From NCBI GenBank assembly GCA_964016885.1, contig OZ024740.1, forward strand, positions 374,790,001-374,854,000: a stretch of 64,000 nucleotides of DNA, in the 5' to 3' direction. Within the stretch, counting starts at the first letter, position 1. Each line of letters begins with the position of its first letter. Below are positions 13,798 through 27,000 of the stretch, one piece after another. Both the position numbers and the translations under genes were made by a program. The notes below the pieces were generated by a model, which saw only the letters and a list, made by a program, of their open reading frames with translations, had not been told where the DNA came from and searched no databases. The DNA is from Eledone cirrhosa. Taxonomy: Eukaryota.

Positions 13798-14454
13798 GAA
13801 TGCTATGGTTGACGGAGGCTCGGCTCTGTAGGGTATTGTAAATTTTGACCGCTATAACAATTGTAAATTGTTTAAAATGTTAACCAACTTGTAGACAAAA
13901 ACACCCTCCTCCTCGTGAGAGGGGTTTTTCTGCCCGTTATTTGGCCCTTCGAGGTTAAATAACCGCTCATTGGGGTGTTGTGCCCAATATTTACTTGAAA
14001 CAACAAACAACATGGCTACGAAAAAGAATTTTCATAGGTCACTCCCACTCATTCCGTCTTCTTCCTCAATCGTCACTACAGCAGAGAGAAGATTGTCTCT
14101 CTCCCTCCCTTCTCTAAATGTGTCTCTCTCCCTGCCTTCTCTTTCGCAATCAACGCCAGAAAAGAAAAATCACGTGCAAAGCGAGCAAGATTTCTCCACG
14201 ACGACGACAACAACAAAAAAGATGTGCGGGAAATACGAAAACCCATTTCATTCGTCTGACGTCAGGAATAATAGCAGTAGCAGCCGTAATAACAACAGCA
14301 ACAGTGACAATGAAAACAACAGTTGCAGCCGCAACAGCATCAGCAGCAGCAGCATAAACAACAACAGCATTAGCAGCAACAACAATAGCAGCAGCAGAAA
14401 CAACAACAACAACCACAGCAACATGATATATGTCTGTTCTGTATTCGATATATT

Positions 14455-14865
14455 TTATGGGTAGTACATGGCAGTCTCGAAAGCCTCAAGGACTTCTTTA
14501 TTGTCTTCCTTGAACATTTTTCTCTCCTTTTCTTTGGATTTCTTGGTGGTGATGATGGAGGGCCAACAGTAGGAGTATTCCGGTTATGGGACGTCACCAG
14601 CTCCGAAGTGATGGGAGGGTTTGAACCATTAGCTGATTTTTCGACCCAAGTCTGGTACCTCTCTGAGGGACGCGGCACTCTTTGACCCGGGTGACGGCCG
14701 ATCCGGTATGAGATTTTATCATTTGACATTTACTTTATTTTGTCGCGTTTTATCCTTAACCGCCAAGGGGTAATCATTTCGTGTTACCACTTCTAGGACG
14801 AGTTTCAACCAAGACTAGAGGGGTCGTCCTCGCCTAGACACACGGCTTTTCCTCGCCGGCCGCCA
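14455..14865 (-). mobile_element. 5' end (UTR + N-terminus) of an R4/Dong-type LINE
   Basis: MSNDKISYRIGRHPG..., then after a frameshift EDNKEVLEAFETAMYYP, resembling the KW..E.N..V N-terminal motif of this clade. Preceded by a GC-rich structured UTR. Confidence 0.6.
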
Positions 14866-15375
14866 AACTATCAAATGCTTTTTTTTATAATCTATCCAAG
14901 CAATTGATTTTTGTGTCTATTATGACAATCTTCCAGTATCATTTTGTTAACCAAAAGCTGATACATACAGCCATTTGAGCCTCGTTTACACCCTTTCTGC
15001 TAATTGGGAAATAGGTCATTTGTTATCAGGTGGTCATATGTATATTCAGTTGGGACTAATGTTAACATTTTATACATTGTGGTCAAGCAAGTTATCGGTC
15101 TGTAATTTTTTGGGATTATTTGTCTCATCATTCTTCGGAAGCAGGAATGTAATGCCGTTAAGTAACCATTATGGTATCTTTTCTGGCTCCTTAAGTATTT
15201 CATTGTAAAGTTGGGCTAAGAGCTCATGTGTCTCTGTGAAGGTATTTATACAAATATTTGTTATTTTGTCTTTTCCTGGGGATTTCCATTTGCTGGTTTT
15301 TCTAAGAGCCAATCGCAACTGTTCAACTGTTATATTTTCCCATATTTGTTCCTCAAGGTGAGCTATATATTACAT
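14866..15375 (-). mobile_element. Second copy of the R4/Dong RT segment 13277-13768
   Basis: Colinear and highly similar to 13277-13768 (NYRPITCLTTMY, YTYDHLITNDLFP), with small indels. Confidence 0.9.
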
Positions 15376-15389
15376 TTGTCTGTCTCCAC

Positions 15390-17360
15390 CTCATGCGATA
15401 CATCGTGGAGCGGGTAGCGAGGGAACCCGGCATGGGTGGGTCCTCGATCAATTTAGATCAGTCGAAAGCTTTCGATAGGGTCGACCTCGTTAACTGGCGG
15501 CAGTCCTCAGGGCGGCTGGCTTCGGGCCCGTCTTCAGAGGCTGGTACGGGGTCATGCACAGCGACCTCTTCACTGTGGTGAGAGTGAACGGTCACCTTTC
15601 GGAACCGTTCAACATCATGCGTTCGGTCCGCGAAGGATGTCCCCACTAGTCCCTCTTGTACATATTGACTCTCCAGCCATTACTGCACAAACTGGAGATG
15701 TTGAGATGGTCCCGCGCGAACTAGGATGCAGAAAATCCGTGGCAGCATATGCGGACGATGTCAGCGTAGTGGTGTCGAACGCCAAACACATCCAGGCGAT
15801 CGGCATTGGACTAAGAGAATGCGAAGCGGTGACAGAGCAATGATCAACCAGGAAAAGTCAGTGAGCCTGCAGCTCGGCACCTGGAGAGGCAGGTCCATGC
15901 CGTCCAACGGCGTCGTCGGGCGCTGGACGGACGGACCAATTAAATTGTTAGGGGTCTGGGTCGGTCCGGACATCTAGACCGACAAAAACTGGGACGAGGT
16001 GACGAGCAGGGTGGCTTCTCTCACCCAGAAATGGGCGGAGAGGAAGCTATCCCAGAAAGGTAGAGCGGAGGTGGCTAACACGTACATCGCGTCCGACATC
16101 TACTACCGCCTGGCCGTCGTGCCTTGTCCTAAGCCTCGCCTGACTGCCCTGGAGCGTTTGCTCTTTCGCATTTTGTGGAAGGGAAGCGCTCCGATGGTCA
16201 GGGGGTCCATCTGCTGTTAACACCCGTTGCGTGGAGGGCTGGGCATGTCGTGGCTATTGATGCACAGACACGCGCTCAGGCTACAACATCTCCACATCTG
16301 TCTCGACGGTGATCAGATGTGGTAGCCGTTTGCTAGACGCGTCTTTCCCCAGCTCATCTCCTTGATGGAGCTGCAATCCTGGGTCAAGCGAAGACCGTGA
16401 GGGAGCGCTTGGAGACTGGAATGTCTTCAGGCGCTTACAGCCCTCGACCAATCGGGCAAAGTGATCGGTGGAAACTCCACATTGGCGTTCTATAGAAGAT
16501 TAGTGGAGTGAAGAGCGACGTCGTACTTGGGGAAACTCTAGGCGTCGATGAAAATCAAATAGCCAATTTCTTCGGAAGAATTTTCGACCGGTGCCTATGG
16601 ACAACTTCCAGAAATCCCTGGCTTGGCAGTGCTACCGAGGAGCATTGTCAGTTCAGGATAAATTCTACAGGAATGGAGGTGCCGTCAGCCGGGCATGTCC
16701 GCGATGCGCGCAGGGCGACGAAACCGTCCTGCACGCACTCGTCCATTGTCCGAGCATTGCTGACTTGTCTGTTTATGTAGAACACCTGCTGTCGCGCGTA
16801 GAACGGATCCGACTATCAGCTGAGTCTATTGTGTGGATTGCCCCGCCCTCTTCCTTTAGCCGGGAAGGGCAGGCAGTTTGTATCTCCCTGGTGGCCATGG
16901 CAAAAGAGATAGTATGGTGGACACGTCTGAAACGGCTGAGGACGAGCACTTAACTCTTCGGTGATGCCCTGGTTAACTTTTTCAATTTTCATTTGAAAGG
17001 GAAAATCAGGGTATAGAGGGAAGTGCTCTTTTCCCAGCATTTTGTTGAAAGATGGGTCAGAGAAGCAAGTATGGCCCGAGTGAATGGGCCTACACTTAGT
17101 ATGTGTCTGTAAATTAAAGGTGGAAAACGGGGAGAGGGCACTTGCCCTGGTGGTCACGTTCACTGTGGCGTTTTAATGGGCTTCCTCCAATGTCCCTCGG
17201 AAGTCTCTCCCTATTGGGGAATTTTTCATTGTTATTTTTTTGTTACATCCTCTGTTTTTCTTTTTTTACACGGAGAAATGCCCATTTGTACCGTCCTGTA
17301 TTGTCCTGTACTCTCCTTAATGTCTACTTTATGTAAACCCTTGTGGTTAATAAAGAAAGC
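15390..17360 (+). mobile_element. Tx1/L1 LINE ORF2 (RT + C-terminal zinc finger) and 3'UTR, decayed
   Basis: LDQSKAFDRVD, AYADDVSV, IKLLGVW, LSQKGRAEVAN, CPRC...ETVLHALVHC. Ends in an (ATT)n tail. Confidence 0.92.
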
Positions 17361-17364
17361 ATTA

Positions 17365-17399
<35 letters not shown>

Positions 17400-17409
17400 G
17401 TTATTACTC

Positions 17410-20400
17410 TTTGAGTCTCAGTCATTGATGTTAGTTAAATGGAAAGTTTGTTGAAATGAATATCAAGCCACTACCTGCAGCCTCAGATATTCAGGACGTA
17501 TCGGAGGGTTCTTGCTGTTCCCAGCAAGCATGCCTTTTGAAGAGTTCCAAAAAGCGTGGCGGGGCCAATTTTCTTTAACTATCCCTGGAAACCTTTTGAG
17601 ATAGTCCCTAGTGCGCCTATGGCAATCGGGATCACTTTGACTTCATGGCAGTTCCTAATCCTTTTTACCTCCCACTTGAAGTCCTGGTATCGGTTAATTT
17701 TCTCCCTCTCCTTCTCTTGCACTCTCGTCTCGAATGCGCAGGCCACATCCTCAATCAGGCACGATCTTTTTTTCTTTGTCCACAACCACCAGATCAGGTC
17801 TATTGTATTCCAGTTTCTTGTCCGTCTGTATCCTAAAATCTCACAGCACCTTCACCTGATCGTTTTCTATCACCGCCTCTGGCTTATGCTCATACCACTT
17901 CACAGAATGTGGTAAATTGTTTATTTGCATAGGTGCCAGTGGGTCACCCTGCCCATCACATCATGTCTCCAGCCCTTATAGTGAGTCTGGGATAGGTGTT
18001 TACACTCGGATACCATGTGAGCCACAGTCTCCTCTCTCTCTCCACAGATCCTGCACAGTGGGCTAGCCTCCTCCTTGTAAATATGGTGTTTCAACCACTT
18101 CGTTTTGAGGGCCTGCTCCTGCGCTGCCATTAACATTCCTGCTGTACATTTTTTAAGGTCTCCTCTTTTCAACCAGTTCCATGTCTGTGGATCTCTAAAT
18201 GCAGTTTTCTCAAAGAAGGTACTATGAAGGGAATTTTCCTGAAGGCTGCTCTTTCTCCTTGATGTTATTTCCTCCTTGGACATTCCCTGGCCTATTGTCC
18301 CATCCTTCAGTACAGTTCTGAGCATTGGCTCCTTACCATCAGTCATGTATTTGTGTAGGTTGTTTTTCTCCATCTAAACACAGTCCTCTATGCTGATAAG
18401 ACCTCTTCCACCCTCAGATCTCCTTAAGTAGAGTCTATCGACATCACTCCTCTTGTGGAACATGTTGTAGATAGTCAATAGCTTCCTAGTCTTCCTATCC
18501 ATTTCTTTCTGTTCAGCAACATTCCATCTCAGAATTCCCGCACTGTACTTAATAATAGACAGAGCTCGGGAATTTACTGCACTTATGGCATTCCTACTGT
18601 TCAGATGTGACTTTAATACGCTCCTTATTCTCCGAATGTATTTAGTTCTTATCAATTCCTTCATTTTTTTTCTTCTTGATGTCATCAGCCTCCAGAACGC
18701 CCAAATACTTGTATCCTTCTTCAGAGTCAATTTCCTTTATCATCTCACCCGTTGGTACCTGGAATCCGTTACTTCTGCTCAACTTACAATGACTCCACAC
18801 TTACTAATACCAAATTGCATACATATATCATTGCTGAAAATACGGACAGTGTCAACAAGCACATCCAACTCCTTCTCACTCTTCCCGAAGAGCATAAGAT
18901 CGTCCATGAAGCGGAGGTGATTGATGGTAAGCTCTCCCTTTCCCAACCTGTATCCTGCTCTCACTTTTCGCAGGGGTATCAGGGCAAGGACAAACAACAG
19001 AGGGGACAGACTATCTCCCTGGAAGATACCTCTCTTGATCTTCACGCTTCCCAAGGATTCTCCAGTTAATGTTAACTCTGTTTCCCAGGACTTCATACTT
19101 TTGCCCAACAACTGTCTGATGTTATCTGCCACCTTCAAGATCTCCAGGCTTTTGGTGATCCAAGAATGAGGCACCATGTCAAATGCCTTTTTGTAGTCTA
19201 TCCATCCCATGGCAAGACCAGTGTGTCTCCTCTTGCAATTCCTCATTAGCATCTTGTCAATAAGTATCTGGTCCTTTGTACCACGTGACTTCTTTCGACA
19301 TCCTTTCTGTTCGTCCGGTAACAAATTGTATTTGTGGAGGTGAAGGTAGATTTCGTCAGACATAATTGTTTCTACTTTAGGCACAAGGCCAGCAATTACC
19401 CAGTGCATTACTGGTACTTTATTTTATCGACCCCGTAAGGATGAAAGGCAAAGTCAACCTCGGCGGGATTTGAACTCAGATCGTAAAGGGACGTAACTAT
19501 GCTGGAAAGCATGGCGTCCGACCCTCTACCGATACTGCCACAGACATAATGCGTGTCAACAGTTTCCACATTAAGGACAGCCATGTGATAGGTCTATAGT
19601 TGGTAACATCATTACCCTTGATTCGATCTTTCATCATCAGAACTGTGTTACCTTTTGTCAACCACTCTGGTACCTCACCTGACATCAAGCAGTCATTGAA
19701 CATGGTTGTCAGTTTCGGGTGGAGGGATGTCATATTTTTAATCCAATACCCCTGCACACCATCTGGGCCTGGTGATTTCCAGTTGATTAGTTTTTCGGCC
19801 TGCCTCTTAAGAGTGTCAACTGTGATACTCAAGTCTGTTTGTTGGTGGGCCTGTTCACTAATCTCTTTCTGTACTGTCTCAATCCACACTGCCTGGTCAT
19901 TATGTTTAACATCCTGCTCCCATATTCCTCATGTATCAAGTCGTTGCCTCTTTCTTTCCCTTCAAGCTGTCCAAACAGCATCTTCTGGTTGTTGTCGAAA
20001 ATGCGGTTCTGTCTATACTGGCTGATTCTGTTCTCGTATCGCCTGATTTGTGCACTCTTTGCTGCAATGCGTTGCTTCAGTTCTTCTATGATAATATTTA
20101 GCTTTTTCCTCCTAGTTTTGTACTTTATTTCCAGTCTATTTTTAGTGTCTATGTTTTTTAGTGTCCCATTCAGTAGGGACTCAAGCTTTCCAATGTCATT
20201 TATCATTTCCCTGATTTGACCACTCAGTCGTTTCTTCCACCAAGGCTCTGCTCTTTCTTGTCTGTTGCTTCCTCTCGCTTTTATACCAAGTAGTTTCCTC
20301 AGCGTATTTGCTGTTGCTTTGAGGATATTGTTGCACTGGTGAAGGCTTCTCGCCTCAAGGTATGGGATAACTTTGTTTACCTTAGCTGTTGTTTCTTTTA

Positions 20401-21120
20401 ACTTTTTCCTGTCTACAAATCTTAGGTTCATAGGTCTCCCACTATCATTGTTCAATTCATCTACCACTAACTTTAGGATATCAACCAAATATTGTCCTAG
20501 CCCATCAGCATTCATCTCCTCAGTGGCCGTATCTCTGTTCGAGGTATTATTTATCTCAGCGTTCAGATCATTGTCTGCTTCGGTTGGTTCCTCCGTTCTC
20601 TCGACCTCTTCACCTTCATTTCCCACTGGCTCATTTGCCTGGCATACTCCACTCTCCATCTCCAAGCTAATCTCTCTGCTCAGTTCCTCCAGTTCCAGCT
20701 CGCTTATCCACCCATTAGTTCTTATTACCCGAACCTGCCCGGCCAATTTTTGTTCATCTAATTTAAATAGACCAATCTCGTTCCAGATGTTATGCATCCG
20801 TTTCCTATAGCCTTTCTCCATGGGGTTACTCTTCAGGTAACATTGCATAACAGTTCTATTCAATTATTTCGTCCAGTTGGTTCTGGTCCCTTTCCTTCTT
20901 CTTCTTCCTCCGACACCAGCAGTATTTGGTTGACAGCCAGGTCCCTGCTGCTGAGCCAGGGAGCACCTGTAGGGTGAGAGTCTGTCACATGACATTCTAG
21001 TCTCCATTTCACCGTTATTCGAAATGTTTAGGTTCGACATTTAAACACTCTTATCGAGGATTGGCGAATGTATGGTTACATAACCACCGGTGAATTCATC
21101 GTCTCCGGTGGTTCCGTCAC
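17410..21120 (-). mobile_element. Near full-length R4/Dong-type LINE, decayed, with a SINE inserted
   Basis: N-terminal [100 protein letters not shown]. Confidence 0.93.
19367..19540 (-). mobile_element. tRNA-derived SINE with 10-bp TSD, inserted in the R4 ORF
   Basis: CAGACATAAT flanks it at 19357-19366 and 19541-19550. A box TGGCAGTATCGG and B box GAGTTCAAATCC. Removing it restores [18 protein letters not shown]. Confidence 0.93.
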
Positions 21121-22501
21121 ACCACGTGATTTTTGTGTGGCATTATCACGCTGTAGACGAACATAAATAAACAAACAAACAAACAGCCCCCCCCCCGCCC
21201 CAAAAAAAGAAATGAATAAGCATAAGTTTCATTGTAACGTAGTGTTTGAATGCTTGACTTAGTTTTTGCCTTCCCTTCTCGGTCCGTCTGTTTGTTTTTC
21301 TCTTCATTCTTATTTTCTTTACGTTTTTCATTGTTGCTGTGCTGCTTTGATTTTGATTTTTGTTTTTCTGATTTTGACCGGGTCATCAATTTAGTCTATT
21401 TATATATTTTGATGCCTTCCTCTTTTAGTGGGTGTTCTACGATGTAGCAGGGGGTAGCGGGAGAGAATATAGGCGGTAGTGATAATCAGGCAGTGGTGGT
21501 GGTGGTGATGGCGGTGCTGTGCGAGCAGCAACTAGCAGGGCGTAGTGGGAGAGAATAGCGTCGGTAGCGATAAATCATTATTAGACAGTGGTGGTGGTGA
21601 TGTGGTCGTATTACTGTAGTGATGGTGTTGAAGTTGGAGTAGAAATAGCGGTTGAATCGACTTAACCAGAGTTTTCATCGTGGTAGTGGTGGTGGTGTGG
21701 GTGGTGAATTATCTTTAGTTATTTAGTCATTTTGTCATTTTCCTCCTTTCGACTCTAACATTCCTGATCGAAAATTAAATATTAATCTTGTTTATTAATA
21801 TTGTCTAGTGATACCGCCATCTTCCCCTTTCGGAAGTTAACAGAAGGTAATGGGGGGATAGCGGTGGTAGCAATGAAGAAGTGGTGGCGGCGGTGATGGG
21901 ATAGTGGTAGTAATGATGGATGGGCGGCTGTGGCGGTGATTGTAGTGATAGCATTGTCGTTACTGAGTTTTGTTGAATGAACTGTATTTTTGTTTGATCG
22001 GTGAATCTATTGGGTTAGTCGCGTATATGTGTTGATATATTTACTTAATATTGGAATTAAACATTTTGTTAAAACTTGAGACAATAATAATAGTAATTAC
22101 TATTATTATGCTGAGATTGGTGGCGGTGGTGGTGAAATTGCCGTTATCTGGCTGATGTGTTTAGTGTACACAGAGTGGTGATGGGGTAGGTGGTGTATCT
22201 AGTTTCTGGTGTTGGTGAAATTGCTGTTATTTGGCTGTTCTATATAGTGTAGACAGAGGGGGTTTTCTTCCATTTATAACCATTTTCTTTTTTGAATATA
22301 AAACGTATAATACAAAATTGAATATTTGAGTGATATAACAATATATTATGGATCCGAATTTTTTTTGGGACTCAAGCAGGATGTTTTATGTATCATTTGT
22401 ACTAAGAATTGTTATTTCACAATTGATTTAAATATGTTAAAAAATCAAAACTTACGAGAGCGATTTCACGACCTTCTATCCACCATGTGCGTCTTCTTCC
22501 C

Positions 22502-22597
<96 letters not shown>

Positions 22598-22797
22598 GAG
22601 GTCGGTGGATTGGCAGTATCGGTAGAGGGTCGGACGCCATGCTTTGCAGAGTTACGGCCCTTTATGGTCTGATTTCATATCCGGCCGATGTTAACTGTGC
22701 CATTCATCCTTACGTTGTCGATAAAATAAAGTAACAGTAGTACACTGGCGTAATTGTTGGCCTTGTACCAATAGTAGAAACAATTATTATTATTATA
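22598..22797 (+). mobile_element. tRNA-derived SINE copy
   Basis: Same head and core (...CATCCTTACG..GTCGATAAAATAAAGTA..AGT...AGAAACAATTATT), sitting between (ATT)n tracts. Confidence 0.9.
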
Positions 22798-25299
22798 TAT
22801 GACAGCTTCAGTCTTAGCACTGCCTTCACCACAAGATATGCGGCACATCAAATCACATAAAAGGAAGAACACCAAATTGACATCATCGCACCCACTACAA
22901 CTACAAAGAGTCACGCGAAAACAGACAATATGCACAATAAGAGCAACAATTACAACACTACCACAACCAACAAGAAAAGAAGAAACAGCGGCAACAACAA
23001 CATCAAGGAAGAAACAGTGGCGGCAACAACAACATCAAAGTCAATACAAACAAAAATAATGGTGGCTTTCCTTGCCGACGTCGAAAAAAGCACATTGATC
23101 TTGGACATCACTGAGAACAAAGAAGAAGCCTAGATAGGATCAGAGATGGAGAGGCTAATACAAATGGAACAAAAAAGCACAGATGCCGCCCACGATGTTA
23201 TTTAGCGAATTGAATAAACACACCTGCCCTTGGCTGTCGATAGTAGAAATCTAAGATGTCTCGTGTGTGGAAACACAACACACTTAAAAGCCTTCTCGGC
23301 AAATCAAAAGAATGTGGGAGTAAAGCACCCACGTCTCCTTACGACATGACCCATGATGGGAATAACAAAACTGTTTCGGCAACTGTATCTGTAACAGACC
23401 CGGCAACAACCCTAGGGTTGGCATCAGCACTTGCACTAGCAATGGCACCAGCATTGGAACCAGCACCGAAAACTTCAAAAACGAAACGCCCACCTCCCTA
23501 ATTATCAACAACAACAATGCAAGTGGAAACCTTACTCCTCCCTGACAGTAGACGGTTCGAAACTGAGTTTAATGATGGCGATATGTAGCAAACCGTAGAC
23601 TCAAGACAAGCCAAAAGAAAAAATGCACCCACTTCGCTTTCAAATCTCGTCCAATCAGTTGTTGCCACCCATACTACAGCAGCTGTTATCCGCTTTTCGC
23701 AAAGCTACACTAACATTTTTCTGAATTAGCCGAAAATCTACCAAAGAACTTCGCAAAATCTTTATATTTTTCGCAATAATTTCATTTACTTTCCAAAATA
23801 CTCCATCAAAGTTTCCCCAAAAGTTCTCAACAATTTTCATGAGAATGTGATCATAGATTTTGAAAATGTTTCCCCGAACATTTCCTGAAATATTTTCCAT
23901 AAAATCACTTACAAAATTCATATATATTTTACCGCATCAAGCATTCTCCAAATAAACACCCAGTCATAGATTACCCGCACTAGGCACAGAACTCTGGCTG
24001 GCAAATCATCCACTCGCATTATGCCAAACCCAAGATCTCCAAATACCTGATTCACCGAAACGTATCTGTTTCGGGTCACATAAATATCTATAGACTGATT
24101 GCGGACTTAGTCACGAGGAACTTCTTAAGCATGTGCAACCCTAAAGAATTAGAGAGACACATAAACCACTTCATCCACCGCATGCAGTTCTCTGGCTAGA
24201 ATAAGAGACACACGTTCAGGGTATATAAAGGAGCCAGGACCAAATGGGCAAAGACTGTAGAAAATAATGCAAATGGGACCTGTCCCATGTATAGGAGCAC
24301 ATTTTGGAACTGAATATAAATATTAGGAATAAGGCAAATAAAACCATCTCATGGGTTAAATACCAGAGGGAAATGTTCGACAATACGACTACTAGAGGCG
24401 AAATAGATTATAGATTTAGTAAGCCCTAGACAAGATCAAATTAAATATTAAGATATTTGGAAAAAACAAGTATTCCCATATAAACACTAATTAGTAAAAC
24501 TTACCCATTCGAAAGAACGCCCTGCACTGGTAGGACATGCATAGTCTGCACGGTAAGCCCGGACACTAAATGCAAAACTAGGAACGTGGTATATAGCATG
24601 AGATGTACTGAGGGACAATGTAGGAATAAGAATATAACAACATAGGTAAAACAGCAAAGGAGAAAGGATAAGTGAACACTGGCGAGAACACCAGAATGGG
24701 AAAAACTCACCAGCACTCCGCCAATATAGCACAATAGAAGATGGGGGTACATTACAAAAAATAGAGATAAAAAGTATATCCACACACAGAACAGATACAA
24801 CACTTAGACATATCACAGAGGCGACACACATAAACGAACTCCAACCAAAATCAGAAAGAAACCATGGGTGGAATAGCAATATAAAAAGTAGTAAGTATGG
24901 ACAAAATGAAGACATACAGACACATAAAAACCAAACTAAGAAAATAAATCAGACACACACAAACAAACAACCAACTTGTGGCAAGTAAATAAACACATAA
25001 ATAAATATATTAAAAGCACACATGTGCGAACTAAGCAAAGAACAGACAACACACAAAAGCAAGATGGTGAAGAACAGAACAACGGAGAGGCACAAAATAA
25101 AAACCCAGTCACTGAAGTGATCACATAATGTGTGACGAAGGAACATTGACATTATACAACCAAACCATCCGGTTATCGAAGCAACTAGCCAACTGATAAC
25201 AAATTGAAGTGAAGTCCAACAGGTTCGTGTGTTTTTATTTGCAGCATGACGCTCCCAAAGTATAACAACATATGTTTCAATACGTTTTCAGATAAGAAA

Positions 25300-27000
25300 T
25301 CTTGCAAAACAAACACAAAAACGAAATTCTCAAAAATATTTTATGAACATTTTTAACAAAAATTTCATACTAAATCTTCCAAAAGTTTTCTTTGAAGATT
25401 TAAAAGAAAAAGATTCCCCAAATTACTGCAAAGTGTTTTTATATTATTCCAAATGTTTCGTAAATTTGTATGTAAATATTGAAAAACAGAAGGAAATAAG
25501 TTTCATTAATCATGTTTCTGTCGAGTACTTATATTTTTAATTTGTATGACTAACTATGAATTTTCAATAACATTTTCCCTAAAAATTTGAAAAAAGATTT
25601 CCTAAAAATATTTCAAGTTTTCATTAAAAATCAATCAAAAAGTTTTCTCAAACCTTTTCTAAATTCGAAATGTTTTCAATCTCATTCCAAATGCTTGCTG
25701 AAATTCTACCAAACAATTTTGCAAAATCTTTAAATATTACCGATAAATACTCCAGAATTTTCTTTAAAGTTCCATCAAATTTTCTTTAAAATTTTACGCC
25801 CGAAATGTAATCAAATACTTTCCATAAAAGCACTTACAATGTTCAGTAATTGTTTTATATCAATTTCATTAAACATTTCCCAAAAAATGTTATGAAGAAT
25901 TTTCCCCATAATTTTATCATAGATTTTCCCCAACATGTCATTGAAGTTCTCAACAAAACATTTCTTTTAAAATATCTGCGAAATTTTTCAATATATTTTT
26001 TCAAAGTTTCGTAAAGATTTTCGTAAACACTTTCGTAATTATTGAAAAACAGAAGGAAATAAGCTTCATTAATCATGTTTTTGTCGGCTACTTATATTTT
26101 TAATTTGTACGACTAACTATGAATTTTCAATAAAATTTTCCCTAAAAATTTGATAAAGATAGTTCCTAAAATTTCAAGTTTTCATTAAAAATCATTCAAA
26201 AAGTTTTCTCAACCTTTTCGAAATTCGAAATTTTCTCAATCTTATTCCAAATGATTGCCGAAATTCTACCAAACAAATTTCGTAAAGATTTTCCTAAACA
26301 CTTTCGTAAATATTGAAAATCAGAAGGAAATAAGTTCCATTTATCATGTTTTGGCCGGGTACTTATATTTCAAATAGTCCGACTAGCTACAAATTTTGAA
26401 TGAAATTTTACCTAAAACTTTCTATGACATAGTTTTTACATAGTACGACTCAAGTTTTATTGAAGTTTATAAAAAGGTTTCTCCCAAGATTTCATCAAAT
26501 ATTGTCCATCTCTTAAGAAATGCCCTTAACGTTTCCTGAAAGATTTTCCCCAAAATTTCATTATACGTCTTCCACAAATTATCATTGATGATTTCAACAA
26601 AGGTTTTACCAAATATTACTGCAACGTTTCTCCCAATAAGGCATCGAATATTTTGTTGATGATTATGTTTAAATTAGTACGCCTAGCTCCAAATTTTCAG
26701 TAAAATCTCTCATGAAAATTTCTCGAAAATATCATCATAAATTTTGCCCCAAATTATTGCAAATTTGTTTTAGATATTTTCCAAATATGGAAATACAGAA
26801 GGAAATAAGTTTATTTAATTATTGTTTTCTCAGGTGCTTATGTATAAATTAGTACGACTAGCACAAATATTTCAGTAAATTTTTCTCTAGAAATTTCTAA
26901 AATGGTTTTCTAAAATTTTCCCCAAATTATCATAAATATTTTCACCAAAATGTTTTCAAAAATGTTATATATAAATTACTACAACTAGCTCCACACTTTC
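25300..27000. repeat. Degenerate AT-rich satellite-like array
   Basis: GAAAA.CAGAAGGAAATAAG recurs near 25481, 26044, 26315 and 26789. 25480-25720 is duplicated at 26040-26280. Built from short AAAATTTTCC-like motifs; related sequence at 23700-23930. Confidence 0.75.

Noticed and set aside
13970-14464. 164-aa Ser/Asn-rich ORF (similar low-complexity ORFs at 22799-23133 and 61615-61824) as host exons
   Set aside because: Built on AAC/AGC repeats, with no recognisable domain or splice evidence. Possibly decayed LINE ORF1 starts, but unsupported.
12149-20810. Plus-strand ORFs overlapping the R4 elements, and similar antisense ORFs over the PLE and RTE elements
   Set aside because: Antisense shadows of retroelement coding sequence with no independent motifs.
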